Assembly (NCBI GenBank): GCA_030704615.1
Contig: CM060734.1
Span: 7,068,001 to 7,132,000 of the forward strand
Length of the DNA: 64,000 bases
From: Takakia lepidozioides
Taxonomy: Eukaryota > Plantae > Bryophyta
Reading direction: 5' to 3'
Of the stretch, positions 24,398 to 37,050 are shown piece by piece (position 1 is the stretch's first letter; every line of letters begins with the position of its first letter). Under the pieces are notes generated by a model, which was not told the DNA's origin, did not search any database, and was given only the letters and a program-made list of their open reading frames with translations. The translations under genes were made by a program, and so were the position numbers.

Positions 24398-25330
24398 TCA
24401 GATGAAGTCGTCTCGGAGGAGAGGCCGACACCTGGCCGACAGAGAACATCCCTCGGATGGAAAAACGGCGCCGAATCTCCAATGAGGCCGTTCGGATGAA
24501 GTTGTCTCGGGGGTAGAGGCCGACACCTCGCCTATAGAGAATATCCCCCGGATGGCAAAACGACGCCGAATTTCCATCCGAGGCCGTTCGGATGAAGTTG
24601 TCTCAGGGGGAGAGGCCGACACCTGGCCGACAGAGAACATCCCACGGATGGAAAAATGGTGCCGAATTTCCATACGAGGCCCGTCGGATGAAGTCGTCTC
24701 GGGGGGAGAGGCCGACACCTGGCCGACAGAGAATATCCATCGGATGGAAAAACGGCGCCGAATTTCCATCCGAGGCCGTTCGGATGAAGTCGTCTTGTGG
24801 GGAGAGGACGACACCTGCCCGACAGAGAACATCCCTCGGATGGAAAAACGGCGTCGAATTTCCATACGAGGCCCGTCGGATGAAGTCGTCTCGGGGGGAG
24901 AGGCCGACACCTGGCCGACAGAGAATATCCCTCGGATGGAAAAACGGCGCCGAATTTCCATCCGAGGCCGTTCGGATGAAGTCGTCTCGTGGGGAGAGGA
25001 CGACACCTGCCCGACAGAGAACTTCCCTCGGATGGAAAAACGGCGCCAAATTTCCATCTGAGGCCGTTCGGATGGAGTCGTCTCGGGGGGAGAGGCCGAC
25101 ACCTGGCCGACAGAGAACATCCCCCGGATGGAAAAACGACGCCGAATTTCAGGACGAGGCCCGTCGGATGAAGTCGTCTCGGGGGGAGAGGCCGACATCT
25201 AGCCAACAGAGAACATCCCTCAAATGGAAAAACGGCGCCGTATTTCCATCCAAGGCCGCACGGATGGAGTCGTCTCGGGGGAGTGGCCGAAAGAGATCAT
25301 CTGCACGATGGAAAAACGGCGCCGAATATC
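24398..25330. repeat. 96-bp tandem array (about 9-10 units) with a 38-bp imperfect palindrome
   Basis: Unit contains CCTCGGATGGAAAAACGGCGCCGAATTTCCATCCGAGG. The spurious ORFs show 32-aa periodicity. Confidence 0.92.
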
Positions 25331-25904
25331 CATCAACAGATGCCCGTATCGACCCTTCATCAACAATTTTGATTCGTTTTTCGCGTTTTTTTGTCTAATC
25401 AGTCACTCAACTTAGAGTTTTTTGCCTGCGGTCCACTTTTTGGCATGTTATGCCCACCAATGTCGTCTGGTAGAGACAAATTCGGTGCCGGATTTCCATC
25501 CATGAGGTGGACTGATTTACTTGCAGGATGGAAATTCGGCGCCGGTTTTCCATCCGGCTGCTTCTGGATGAGAACGTCTCGGGCGGAGGAAGGGCCACGG
25601 TGCGTCCCACTTCATCCGCTGAATGGAAATTCGGCGTCGTTTTTTTCCATCCAGCGGGCTGTTGATGAAGTCTCGGGGGGAGGGTGGGCCAGGTGGCGCC
25701 TGTGGGCGACCTCCATACCTACATTTAATGGCGCAGTTGCGCATTAAATGTCCTCCGCCGTCTGTTTTGAACCGGACGTTCCACATGGATATCGCGCTTG
25801 CTTCCCGGATACGCCTTCGACACCTGATGTGACGGGTGGATGAAGTTCCATTCGAGGCATGTACGCACGCATTCTGCGGGAGATTTTTTCTTTTACTTGG
25901 ACGT

Positions 25905-26050
25905 ATGCCGCGTGGAGAAGGGCGTGGCTCTCTTGAGAGAAACCCCACATCCAGACCGCGTCGCAAACTGAAGCCTTTGTACTACGGGCGGCAATGCGGT
26001 AATGCCGACCAGCCGAACGGCGACAAAGCGGCAACGCGCCTTCTGTACAG
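25905..26050 (+). pseudogene. Exon 1 of a ParB-MTase-family gene (5' fragment)
   Basis: MPRGEGRGSLERNPTSRPRRKLKPLYYGR..., ending CAG|GTAC. Homologous to the starts at 28854, 45319 and 6466. Confidence 0.6.
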
Positions 26051-26149
26051 GTACATACGCGTTGCCTTTCTTTGATCCATGGCCATTGTAGTCCCTACAT
26101 TTCCAGGATGTAAGTTGCCTTATGTGGCGCATGAAAATTAGTTGTGAAG

Positions 26150-26960
26150 CCCCTAGAAAAATGGCGCCGAATTTCCTGTTTCCAGCCATGGGGCGGATGG
26201 CTAAGCCCCGGGGGTGGCTGGAACAGTTTGGAAATTCGGCGCCATTTTTCCAGTTCCGGGCCTAGTCAGTTCTGGGACTTAGCCATTTTCAGACCCTGTA
26301 CTGGAAAAATGGCGCCATTTTTCCAGTACAGGGTCCGAAAATGGTTGTCCTTGGGGGCCCCAGTCATTTCTGGGACTTAGCCATTTTTGGACCCTGTACT
26401 GGAAAAATGGCGCCATTTTTCCAGTACAAGGTCCAAAAATGGCTAAGTCCCTGGGGCGGATGGCACATATTCTGGAAATTCGGCGCCATTTTTCCAGTTC
26501 CGGGACCAGTCAGTTCTGGGACTTAGCCATTTTCGGACCTTGTACTGGAAAAATGGCGCCATTTTTCCAGTACACGGTCCGAAAATGGCTCTAAGTCCCT
26601 GGGGCGGATGGCACATATTCTGGAAATTCGGCGCCATTTTTCCAGTTCCGGGCCCAGTCAGCCATTTTCGGACCCTGTACTGGAAAAATGGTGCCATTTT
26701 TCCAGTACAGGGTCCGAAAATGGCTAAGTCCCTGGGGCGGATGGCACATATTCTGGAAATTCGGGTCCATTTTTCCAGTTCCGGGCCCAGTCATTTCTGG
26801 GACTTAGCCATTTTTGGACCCTGTAGTGGAAAAATGGCGCCATTTTTCCAGTACAGGGTCCGAAAATGGCTAAGTCCCTGGGGCGGATGGCACATATTCT
26901 GGAAATTCGCGCCATTTTTCCAGTTCCGGGCCTAGTCAGTTCTGGGACTTAGCCATTTTC
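26150..26960. repeat. About 140-bp tandem array containing an 80-bp palindrome centred on GGAAAAATGGCGCCATTTTTCC
   Basis: Consensus GGGACTTAGCCATTTTCGGACCCTGTACTGGAAAAATGGC|GCCATTTTTCCAGTACAGGGTCCGAAAATGGCTAAGTCCC, for example near 26799-26878. Confidence 0.9.
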
Positions 26961-27699
26961 TGTCGCGGCCCTTTGCCTTGAGGGCAGGGGGTCGGGACAC
27001 AAGAGGGGCTGCCCCTGTGGTGGGGGCAGTGACAGCGATAGGTATGGGGGGCTGAAGCACCCTTGAGTGCCCAAGGCACTCAAGGAGGCGGAGGCGCTCA
27101 CTAGGTGGAGCCCCGCACATCGGGTTGCGGTGGGGGTGGCTCCACAAGGGGTGGTGGTAGCTTAGCGGGACTTAGTGGGGGTGGCATAGGACTCACCCTG
27201 GGGCGGAGACCTCGTGGTGGGAGTCGTGGGGAGTCTTGAGACTCATCACGGTCCATTGGGGCCGTGGTGGGTGGGCCAAGACTCACCGCGACTCATCACC
27301 GGGAGTCGAGGGTGTTCGTGGTGGTTCGCCATAAAATGGCATGGTTGTTTGTGAAACCCCTGCGGACAGCTACAGAAGTATATATAGGGAGTAGTAACCC
27401 CGAGAACGGTGCAAGCCCGTTGGTGACCAAAAACTAGTGAGTAAGCGAGCGAGCCGGAAAGCGACCAAAGAGTGGGGAGCTGTTCCGGACTGCCAACTAC
27501 CAAAGGGAATTCCGCTGGTTCCAAATCGTTGGAAGGTTCTTTGGGAGATCAAAAGGGGACCGTTATGCCCCGGTGAGGAGCCGAAGCTCCAAGTTGGCTC
27601 AGCGGCCAGGTTGGGAGTTAGGCGCGCCCATCAAGCGAGTAACTATGACTTGAGGGGGGAGTTTACCGAAGTGAGGTGCTCGACACTTGGTATCAGAGC
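26961..27699 (+). repeat. Chromovirus 5' LTR (26961-27685) with tRNA-iMet PBS (27688-27699), internal region lost
   Basis: TGTCGCG...CGACA followed by TGGTATCAGAGC. Confidence 0.9.
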
Positions 27700-27869
27700 T
27701 TAGAGTTTCCGTCCAGGGTGGCGCCGAATTTTCGTCCGGGGCCGTTCCGATTTCCCTCTAGCAGTCGAGGAGTCCATAAAAAACGTGTCTAAAAGTAGAC
27801 TTCAGCCACAAAACTAATAGTTTACTGTGTTTTTTTCTGAAAACCCAAGCGGCCACGCTCAAAATTACC

Positions 27870-28625
27870 TGCAGGATGGTAATTCGGCGCCGAATTTCCA
27901 TCCATCCGGGCTCCGAATTACCTGCATGACGGAAATTCGGCGCTTGAAATTACCTGCAGGATGGAAATTCGGCGCCGAATTTCCATCCTGCGGCGCTCCG
28001 AATTACCTGCATGACGAAAATTTTGCGCGCGGCCCTACCTGGCGGATGGAAATCCGGCGCCGAATTTCCATCCATCCGCGCGCAAAATTACCTGCGTGAC
28101 GGAAATTTCGCGCGCCGCCCTACCTAGCAGATGGATGGAAATCCGGCGCCGGATTTCCATCCATCCGCGCGCAGAATTACCTGCGTGACGGAAATTTCGC
28201 GTGCCGCCCTACCTGGCGGATGGAAATCTGGCGCCGGATTTCCATCCATCCGGCTCCGAATTACCAGCATGACGAAAATTTGACGCGCCGCCCTACTTGG
28301 CGGATGGAAATCCGGCGCCGGATTTCCATCCATCCGCTCGCAGAATTACTTGCGTGACAGAAATTTCGCACGCCGCCCTACTTAGCGGATGGAAATCCGG
28401 CGCCGGATTTCCATCCATCCGCGCGCAGAATTACCTGCGTGACGGAAATTTCGCGCGCCGCCCTACCTAGCGGATGGAAATCCGGCGCCGGATTTCCGTC
28501 CATCCGGCTCCGAATTACCTGCGTGACGGAAATTTCGCGCGCCGCCCTACCTGGCGGATGGAAATCCGGCGCCGGATTTCCATCCTGCCGCGCTCCGAAT
28601 TACCTCTACGTTGGAAATTCGGGGC
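27870..28625. repeat. About 85-bp tandem array with 30-bp palindrome GGATGGAAATCCGGCGCCGGATTTCCATCC
   Basis: AATTAC anchors at about 28259, 28344, 28429, 28513 and 28598. Confidence 0.9.
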
Positions 28626-28853
28626 CGAGTTGCGTCACATTTCATCCGACAGGGAGGGCTTCATCCGACATTTAATTGTGTAGTTGGGCATTAAATGTCC
28701 ACCGCCGTCCGTTTTGATTCGGGCTGGCTATACAGGGATTCCGCGGTTGCTTCCTCGATACGCACCCTAAATCTGATGCTAAACTTGGATTAACTTCTAT
28801 TCGAGGCATGTACCCCAAAAAACTGAGATCTTTTTTCTTTTTGGCTGGGACTT

Positions 28854-30880
28854 ATGCCGCCTGAAGGGCGTGGCTCTCCTGAGAGAGACCCCACATCCAA
28901 ACCGCGGCGCAAGTTGAGAGCTTTGTACTTTGGACGACGGCCAATCTCTCCAGCAGGAGATTCCAGTGTCTTGCTCACAACCCGCGCCAACTGAAGCCGA
29001 GTACTCTCAGGCAAGCCACTTCTGCTTTCGCTTTTGCTTTCGCTTTGTTGTTTCGCATCTTCATCCTGGCATCGCTAGAAGCGTATGGTTGCATCGCAAA
29101 AGCAGGAGCTGTTGCGAAGAATGATCAAGGTGTGAGTGGTTAAAGATTAAGGAAATCCATGCTGAGCTGAGAAGAATGTATGAGCAGATGAAGTGCCTTC
29201 AAAACATTTCACCCTGTTTTCCCGTCTTATGGAATTCCTGATCATTTGTTCATCGTGTTTCATATTACCGGTTGAGTGAACCTTACATAGTTTGCAATGC
29301 GTGTGCAAAACCGACAGCTCTGGAGAAGGCTGCTTGTGCATGTCATTCTTAGGCATTGGTTGGATTTGTTTTCATTGTTGTTCCATGGCACTCCATACTT
29401 CCTAAACTTGTTTTGTTTTCATTGTTGTTCCACGATTGTTGCTATGGTGGTTGCGCTGCTCGTTGCGATGCTGGTTTTGGCACCGATGTTGGTTCTCACG
29501 ATTTTTGGGAATGACAGAGTGACGACGAGCCCGACACGCTGGTGGTATCATCGACAGCTCCAACTCATCGCATGTTTGAATCGCCTAACTTGGGGCGAGA
29601 GGGCAAACTTAAACCTTTTCTTGGTGGACGGGAGGACCTGCAGCGAGAGTACGATAGAATAGGCATTGGGGAGGTTGGTACAGGCGGCATGGCAGGTGAA
29701 GGGCGTGAGGACGTGAGGACAGCAGATCTGGCAATGGAGGTTGTTGATGCACATGCAGTAGGGCCCGCCCACGCAAAGAAGAAGAAGAAAGCTAAGCACA
29801 TGCAATCCCCGGCGAGAGAGCCATCACGGGCTGCGGAGGGGGGAGTGAGTAGTGCGCGCGAGGGTGTCAGTTCGCCTCAATCAAAGGTGGTCATCCTGGA
29901 GGGCTCCCCTGCTGCTAGCCCTAGTAAGAAACAGAAAGCCCGTGAGAGGGCAAAAGAGAGGGCAAAAGAATAGGCGAGACAGAATACTAGCCAAGAGGCC
30001 AGGGGTGCCCAAATGACAGATGCCAATGTAAGTGAGGGACGCATAGAGACGGTGGATCCCTCCAAGACACCACAAAGAGGCAGTAACACACCGGTTAGAC
30101 CATCGCGGGCAAGAGCAGCCCCTGCAATTACCCATACGGTGGAGAGTGGAGGAGAGGAAAGAACACCAGAAAGAGCACGGATTGTGCCAGTTCGAGGTGA
30201 AGCCGGGGAGAGGGCAGTACAGACGGGGAGAGTGCTCGAGGTGGTTTCGCCGGTGGCTGACCATGTTGAGGAGGACGACAGGGAGCTTTCTGACCAGGAT
30301 GACATCCTCCCGGACATCCCCAGGCCCCAAACCCGCAGCATACAGGCTGGATTTGGCGGTCCTGGTGGGTTGCCGGAGAACCCCTCTGCAGCAGACGTCA
30401 TGTCGGAGGCGGATATGAAGTTGGCCGCTGCCAAGATGTTGGAGGCAACCCACAACATTGGCAGGGTGCTGGGGGGCATGGTGTACCCAGCCAAGCTTCG
30501 GATTCCCCTTTGCCGCTTGGTGTCATTGCAGGTGGTGAGACCTGCCCTCCCAGGCGATATCGACAAGCTGAAATTCTCTTTCCGGGATGGATATTGAATG
30601 GGGTCTGCCGCGTTTTACGTTTCCATTGAGAACGACCACGGAGCTTCCCATGCCCACACTTCCGATGAGGTGGACAAATGGGGTCCCCATTGGCAAAGGC
30701 GAAATGAGGAGTTCGAGAGAACGATTGCTACTGATCCTCTTTTCCAGCACTTGTCCGGTAAGATGTTTTACGTGTGGGACGGCAATCATCACCTCCTGGC
30801 ATGGATGGAGCACATAGCCGAAGCCCACCCCAACGACCTCGATTGGCATTTCGTCGTGGAGTGTGTTGCGCTGAAGGTTG
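28854..30880 (+). pseudogene. ParB-MTase-family gene copy, truncated after the ParB domain
   Basis: Starts MPPEGRGSPERDPTSKPRRKLRALYFGRRP; later IPLCRLVSLQVVRPALPGDIDKLK...FYVWDGNHHLLAW. Fused to chromovirus pol at about 30881. Confidence 0.75.
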
Positions 30881-32475
30881 AGTCCCCAAAACAACTTAGG
30901 TGGCAAGATACTTTGGCGGTGTTCGACGTGGATATCCAGTACAAACCGGGACGGGACAATGTGGTGGCCGATGCTTTAAGTAGAAAGTAGCAGCTCATGT
31001 TGGTGTACAGGGGCGAGACGGCGCTCCAAAGGAAGATCCGGAAGGCTTGCCGAAAGGATGAGCTGGCGAAGTCCGTGATGCAAGACTTGAGGATGGGGGT
31101 TAAATCGCAGTTCCACTCGCAAAATGGACTGCTCCGGTATAAGCAAAAGCGTCTCTACGTGCCAAAGGGAGGGATCAGAGATAGCCTCTTGAGAGAATGC
31201 CATGATAGCCCGCTTGCGGGCCACGGCGGAGCCAAGCGCATTGCGGCACTCTTGAAGAAAGAGTATTTCTGGCCCAAACTGAGGGAGGAGGCAGAGGAGT
31301 ATGTCAAGACATGCAACACATGCCAACAAAACCGGAGCAAGTACAAAAAGCAAGCGGGGCTGTTACAACCCTTGCCGATTCCAGAGGGGACTTGGGAAAG
31401 CGTCTCGATGGATTTCATGACTGTTATGCCACTGTCAAAATGATTCGATGCAATCATGGTGGTGGTGGATAGGTTCAGTAAAATGGGCCATTTCATCCCC
31501 ACCAAGGAGACGGCAACGGCGCAGGAAACATGGCGACTTTACTTCGCCCACGTCTTAAAGCATCATGGAGTCCCGAAGGATATTGTCTCGGACCGCGATC
31601 CAAAGTTTACGAGTAAATTTTGGAGGGCACTTTGGAAGAAGATAGGGACGAGGCTGAAGATGAGCACCGCCTTCCGACCTACGACCGACGGCCAAACAGA
31701 AAGAGTGAATTCCGTAGTGAAGCAGATCTTGCGGAATTACGTGTCGGCAGACCAAACAAACTGGGTGGAACACTTAGACGCAACAGAGTTCTGTTATAAT
31801 AACACAGAACACTCCGCAACGGGAGTTTCCCCTTTCGTATTGGTCTATGGAAAAGCACCTCTGGTGCCGACAAGTTGGGCCGCCCAGGACGTTGAGGAAC
31901 CGGCAGTAGCGGCGGTACTGGAAGAACGCGAGCGATTGTTGAAGCTTGCAAAGTACAACATTGCCAAAGCTAGGAAACGGTATGAAAGGTAGGCGAATCG
32001 GAAGCGGAGGGAAGTGAAGTTTGAGGCAGGCACGGAGGTCTGGTTGAACATCAAGAATTTCCGACTACCTCCGGAAGTGAGTCCAAAGTTCGTACCTCCG
32101 TATGCCAGACCCTTTCGCATCCGGAAGGTTATGAATGAGGATGTTTATGAATTGGAGTTGCCGGCAAACAGCAAGGTGCATCCAGTATTCCACGTCTCCC
32201 TTTTGAAGCCTTACTTCAAAGATGAAGCGCGTCCGAATCGGCATCAAGTGTTGCGTCCGCCACCTGTGCTGTTGGATCATGAAAATGAACCTGAGTACGA
32301 GGTGGAGGCAGTACTTAAGTCGAGGAGGTTCAAGAACCGAGAAACGGAGTATCTCGTCAAATAGAAGGGCTATCATCATGTGGAGGCATCTTGGGTGCGT
32401 GCCTCAGAAATGGGAAACGCATCCGAGGCGGTTGCAGTTTTCGAAGGGCGGCGTCAAAAGCGGAAGAAGCGTTGA
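30881..32475 (+). pseudogene. Chromovirus pol 3' part, second copy (end of RH, integrase, chromodomain)
   Basis: Near-identical to about 15230-16823, with different stop codons. Confidence 0.92.
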
Positions 32476-32597
32476 TGGGGACATCAACCTTGGAGCGTGG
32501 GGGAGGAAATGCATGCTTAGCCCGGTTTAGCTAGCTTAGGAATCCGATTGCAAAAACTTGTATTGTACAAAAATTTGTTATAAAGGAAATGGGTTCT

Positions 32598-33725
32598 GAT
32601 AGTTGAGATAAGGTCAGGAAAGAAACTTTTATCAACCCTTTAGTGTTTACCTAGCCCATATTTTTGGGTACCACATGTGTACAAAACCAATGGGGTGTAG
32701 GTTTAGGTAATGAATTTTCTGCCATTGGCATGTTCCAAGTTGGCAAGTTGTGACAAACGAAGGTACATCAACACATACATCAAAATGTAGAGTTTTACCT
32801 TTTAGTTTATATATAAGCTCTGGTGACCGGAAGAAGAGGCCAGTGAAAGAACCCTCAATTCCCAAGGTCATAAAGTAACAATCAGGAAAGAATCTTATAT
32901 CAAACTTTTAGTGTTTACCCACCCCTTGTTTTGGGTAAAACATGTGTACAAAACCATAGGGGGCAGGTATTGGGACTTAGGTAATGAAGTCTGGCAGGGG
33001 TTTACCACCTGGTATTCAGACAAAACATCTACCAGCAGCATATCAGAATTGGGTATTTCTTATGGTGCTATAAAGAGCAAAGCCATAACCAGGAGAAACA
33101 TAGAAACATTTGAGCCAAAGAAAAAGAACTCATTCGTATCATAAGGTATCTAAATCTGACATAAGGCATCGGCTACAGGGGGACGGCAAACAAGAGTAAT
33201 GTGCACTGACCGGATCATGTATAAGGTGTACACGTCTACTCCAGCAGGCTGTCTTACCAAGGCCTAGCTCAAAACTTCAGCATTCAGAAGCCCTATAGAT
33301 GTTCTATGCTTATCTCAAGTACCTTCAAGGATGCCTTACTCTCCATGCCCAATTAGCCAACATATTTTTGCTGGAGAAGATCTTACCTTATGAAGGACTT
33401 GCTTGCTCCACACCATGGTCATGGCGGGAGAGGAGGCTGATATCTCATGGCTTTGGCCTTCCCATTGCCTTGGATTCATCACTTCAATCAAGAACATATT
33501 TGATAACCTTTTGTCATGCTCAGACCAAGGTGTTAGTAAATCAAACATAAAACTGAAAACAGAAGGGAGATTGGTTGATAATGTGTACAAGAACCACCAA
33601 GTACACTGGTCTAAATCAGAGAGGGAAGATACTTATGTCTTGTCGAGACATGGACAAAGACCTGACAAGGTCACTGTAAAACTAACGACAAATCAGCCTC
33701 ATAACAAGGCATTATCAACCATTCT
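32598..33725. other. Unidentified 1.1-kb insertion in the chromovirus 3' region
   Basis: Absent from the copy at about 16945. Contains an imperfect direct repeat at about 32617 and 32884. Confidence 0.6.
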
Positions 33726-34509
33726 TCATGTTGTGCTTCCTATTTTGTTTGGAATGGTGATGCATGGTGTGGTTCGCTAGTGTGTAGAATGCATGCTAGC
33801 TTACAAAAGTGGGAGAGGTAAATTGGGTTAATCGTGTGTTTGCGCAGTGCCGAAATCGGGTTACTCCCATCCAAGGGGCAAGGAAACTTGCGCCTTCTTT
33901 AGGAGTTCACGTGCTAGTGCGCACCTGGCGCGTACGCATACTATAACTGCGCTACCGAGGGGGTTGCTTTGTAGTGCGGGCTAACGCGGAAGCTACGTGC
34001 TTCCGTTCACGTACTATAATCGTGTAGCCTCGGGACGAAGTCGTAGTGCGGCTTCGGCGTGTTCCCGTACCTCAGGCCAGCATTCCAAGGCGGACCCAAT
34101 TGAAGTGATTGGGGCGCGCGGTTGGTTCAAGGTTACCTTCCTAGTCAAAGAGGGTTCGAGGTGAACCCTTGCTCAAGGTGATGCCAAAAGCGGCATCATG
34201 AGCGGTCGCAAGCAATGTTGTTGCAGTAAGACGATTCGATCCTCGGGGAGGATCGTTCCTTGGCCTTGAAGTAGGCCAAGAAGAGTGCACTGGGAGGAGC
34301 TTGAGAGGCTCCACCCTTGGCCGGGACTTGGAGGAAGTCGGCCGAACTAGCTAGTGGAGAGTAGAGTCAAGTGTGGGGTTTGGTTCTTTGCCATGGGACG
34401 CAATGGTACGGAAACAAACTCCTTGATGTGGGACGCCACAACTTCGATGTTCGTTTCCACAAAATGGACAAGCCGATGAGGACATCGACTCCATGTTGGT
34501 AGGGGTGTG

Positions 34510-35237
34510 TGTCGCGGCCCTTTGCCTTGAGGGAAGGGGGTCGGGACACAAGAGGGGCTGCCCCTGTGGTGGGGGCAGTGGCAGCGATAGGTATGGGGGG
34601 CTGAAGCACCCTTGAGTGCCCAAGGCACTCAAGGAGGCGGAGGCGCTCACTAGGTGGAGCCCCGCACACCGGGTTGCGGTGGGGGTGGCTCCACAAGGGG
34701 TGGTGGTAGCTTAGCGGGACTTAGTGGGGGTGGCATAGGACTCACCCTGGGGCGGAGACCTCGTGGTGGGAGTCGTGGGGAGTCTTGGGACTCATCACGG
34801 TCCATAGGGGCCGTGGTGGGTGGGCCAAGACTCACCGCGACTCATCACCGGGAGTCGAGGGTGTTCGTGGTGGTTCGCCATAAAATGGCATGGTTGTTTG
34901 TGAAACCCCTGCGGACAGCTACAGAAGTATATATAGGGAGTTAGTAACCCCGAGAACGGTGCAAGCCCGTTGGTGACCAAAAACTAATGAGTAAGCGAGC
35001 GAGCCGGAAAGCGACCAAAGAGTGGGGAGCTGTTCCGGACTGCCAACTACCAAAGGGAATTCCGTTGGTTTCAAATCGTTGGAGGGTTCTTTGGGAGATC
35101 AAAGGGGGACCGTTATGCCCCGGTGAGCAGCCGAAGCTCCAAGTTGGCCCGGCGGCCAGGTTGGGAGTTAGGCGCGCGCATCAAGCGAGTATCTATAACT
35201 TGAGGGGGGGGGGTTTACCGAAGTGAGGTGCGCGACA
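34510..35237 (+). repeat. Chromovirus 3' LTR
   Basis: TGTCGCG...CGCGACA, preceded by the same 3' region as 16960-17710. Confidence 0.9.
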
Positions 35238-35240
35238 CTT

Positions 35241-35855
35241 CGGCACTCAAGGAGGCGGAGGCGCTCACTAGGTGGAGCCCCGCGAACCGGGTTGCGGTGG
35301 GGGGCTCCACGTGGGGTGGTAGTAGCTTAGGGAGTCGTACTAGGGGTGGCATAGAACTCACCACGGGGCTGAAGCCTTGTGGTGGGAGTCTTGGGGCTCA
35401 CCACGGTCCATTGGGGCCGTGGTGGGTGGGCCAAGACTCACCGCGACTCATCACAGGGAATTGAGGGTCTAGGTAGTGGTTCACCATAAAAAGGACTTGG
35501 TTGTTTGTGAGACCCCCGCCGACACCTACAGAAGTATACATAGGGAGTAGTAACCCCGAAAACAATGCAAGCCCGTTATGTGATCAAAAGCTAGTGAGTA
35601 AGCAAGCGAGCCGGAAAGCGACCAAGGTGTGGGGAGCTATTCCGGACTCCCAATAACCAAAGGGAATTTCCACTGGGCCCGATCCGTCAAAGGTCTCGTG
35701 GGGGAAGTAAGGGGGACCGTTATGCCCCGGTGAGAAGCCGAAGCTCCGAGTTGGCCCGGCGGCCAGTTTGGGAGTTAGGCGCGCACATCAAAGTGAGTAA
35801 CTATGACTTGAAGGGGAGTTTACCAAGTGAGATGCGCGACACGTGGTATCAGAGC
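35241..35855 (+). repeat. 5'-truncated, more diverged chromovirus 5' LTR (to 35841) with iMet PBS (35844-35855)
   Basis: Ends GCGCGACA-cg-TGGTATCAGAGC. Confidence 0.85.
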
Positions 35856-35895
35856 CTAGAATTCACTATGTGATCACCCTTGAGATTGGCCTCAC

Positions 35896-36622
35896 TGTCG
35901 CGGCCCTTTGCCTTGAGGGCAGGGGGTCGGGAAATGAGAGGGGCTGCCCCTGTGGTGGGGGCAGTGGCAACAATAGATGCGGGGGCTGAAGCACCCTTGA
36001 GTGCCCAAAGCACTCAAGGAGGCGGAGCCGCTCACTAGGTGGAGCCCCGCACACCGGGTTGCGGTGGGGGTGGTTCCACGAGGGGTGGTGGTAGCTTAGT
36101 GGGACTTAGTGGGGGTGGCATAGGACTCATCATGGGGGCAGAGACCTTGTGGTGGGAGTCGTGGGGAGTCTTGGGACTCATCACGGTCCAATGGGACCGT
36201 GGTGGGTGGGCCAAGATTCACCGCGACTCATCACCGGGAGTCGAGGGTTTTCGTGGTGGTTCGCCATAAAATGGCATGGTTGTTTGTGAAACCCCCGCGG
36301 ACAGTCACAGAAGTATATATAGGGAGTAGTAACCCCGAGAACGGTGCAAGCCCGTTGGTGACCAAAAGCTAGTGAGTAAGCGTGCGAGCCGGAAAGCGAC
36401 CAAGGTGTGGGGAGCTGTTCCGGACTGCCATCGACCAAAGGAAATTTTCCACTTGGCTCAAATTGAGAAAGGGGCTCGTGGAGGAGTAAAGGGGGACCGT
36501 TATGTCCCGGTGAGCAGCCGAAGCTCTGAGTTGGCCCGGCGGCCAGATTGGGAGTTAGGCGCGCGCATCAAAGCGAGTAACTATGACTTGAATGGGAGCT
36601 TACCGAAGTGAGGTGCGCGACA
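35896..36622 (+). mobile_element. Chromovirus solo LTR with 5-bp TSD CTCAC
   Basis: CTCAC at 35891-35895 and 36623-36627 flanks TGTCGCG...CGCGACA. Confidence 0.92.
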
Positions 36623-36628
36623 CTCACC

Positions 36629-37050
36629 ATGGGTCGGGCAACACCAAGCGAAAGCGGAACGGCCTGAAAGCCGATGATCCAAGTGAGCCCGGTGGGGGCG
36701 ACGCGTCACCGGAGCGGCAACTAGAAGAGACAATCTGAAAGCGAGGCTGCTCGAGAGCGGGAGGAATTTGAGGAGTCGGAGCCCGAGGACTTCCCAAAGG
36801 CTTCGCCAGACCAATAGATGCCTCCAATGCCACCAGCTTTTTGGGAAGGGCTTTTGGCGCAGTTTGGTGGGACACTAAAGGACGTAATGAGGGCGGCCAA
36901 CGCCACTGCCACAAAGACAAAGTTCAAGGTGAAGCCTAAGGAACCCGGCACCTTCCAGGGCCTCTGAAATCGGAAGCCACTCAATACTTGGCTCCTCGAG
37001 CTAGAGCAGTACTTCCGGGCGGCCAAGTTCAGTGACGAGGATCGGGTGGA
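36629..37050 (+). pseudogene. Chromovirus gag N-terminal fragment
   Basis: ATG at 36629 downstream of the PBS; reads KFKVKPKEPGTFQG..RKPLNTWLLELEQYFRAAKF. Confidence 0.65.

Noticed and set aside
24398-28683. Long repetitive ORFs on both strands (up to 268 aa)
   Set aside because: They arise from GC-rich tandem units (96 bp is a multiple of 3) and are open in several frames with no domain signal.
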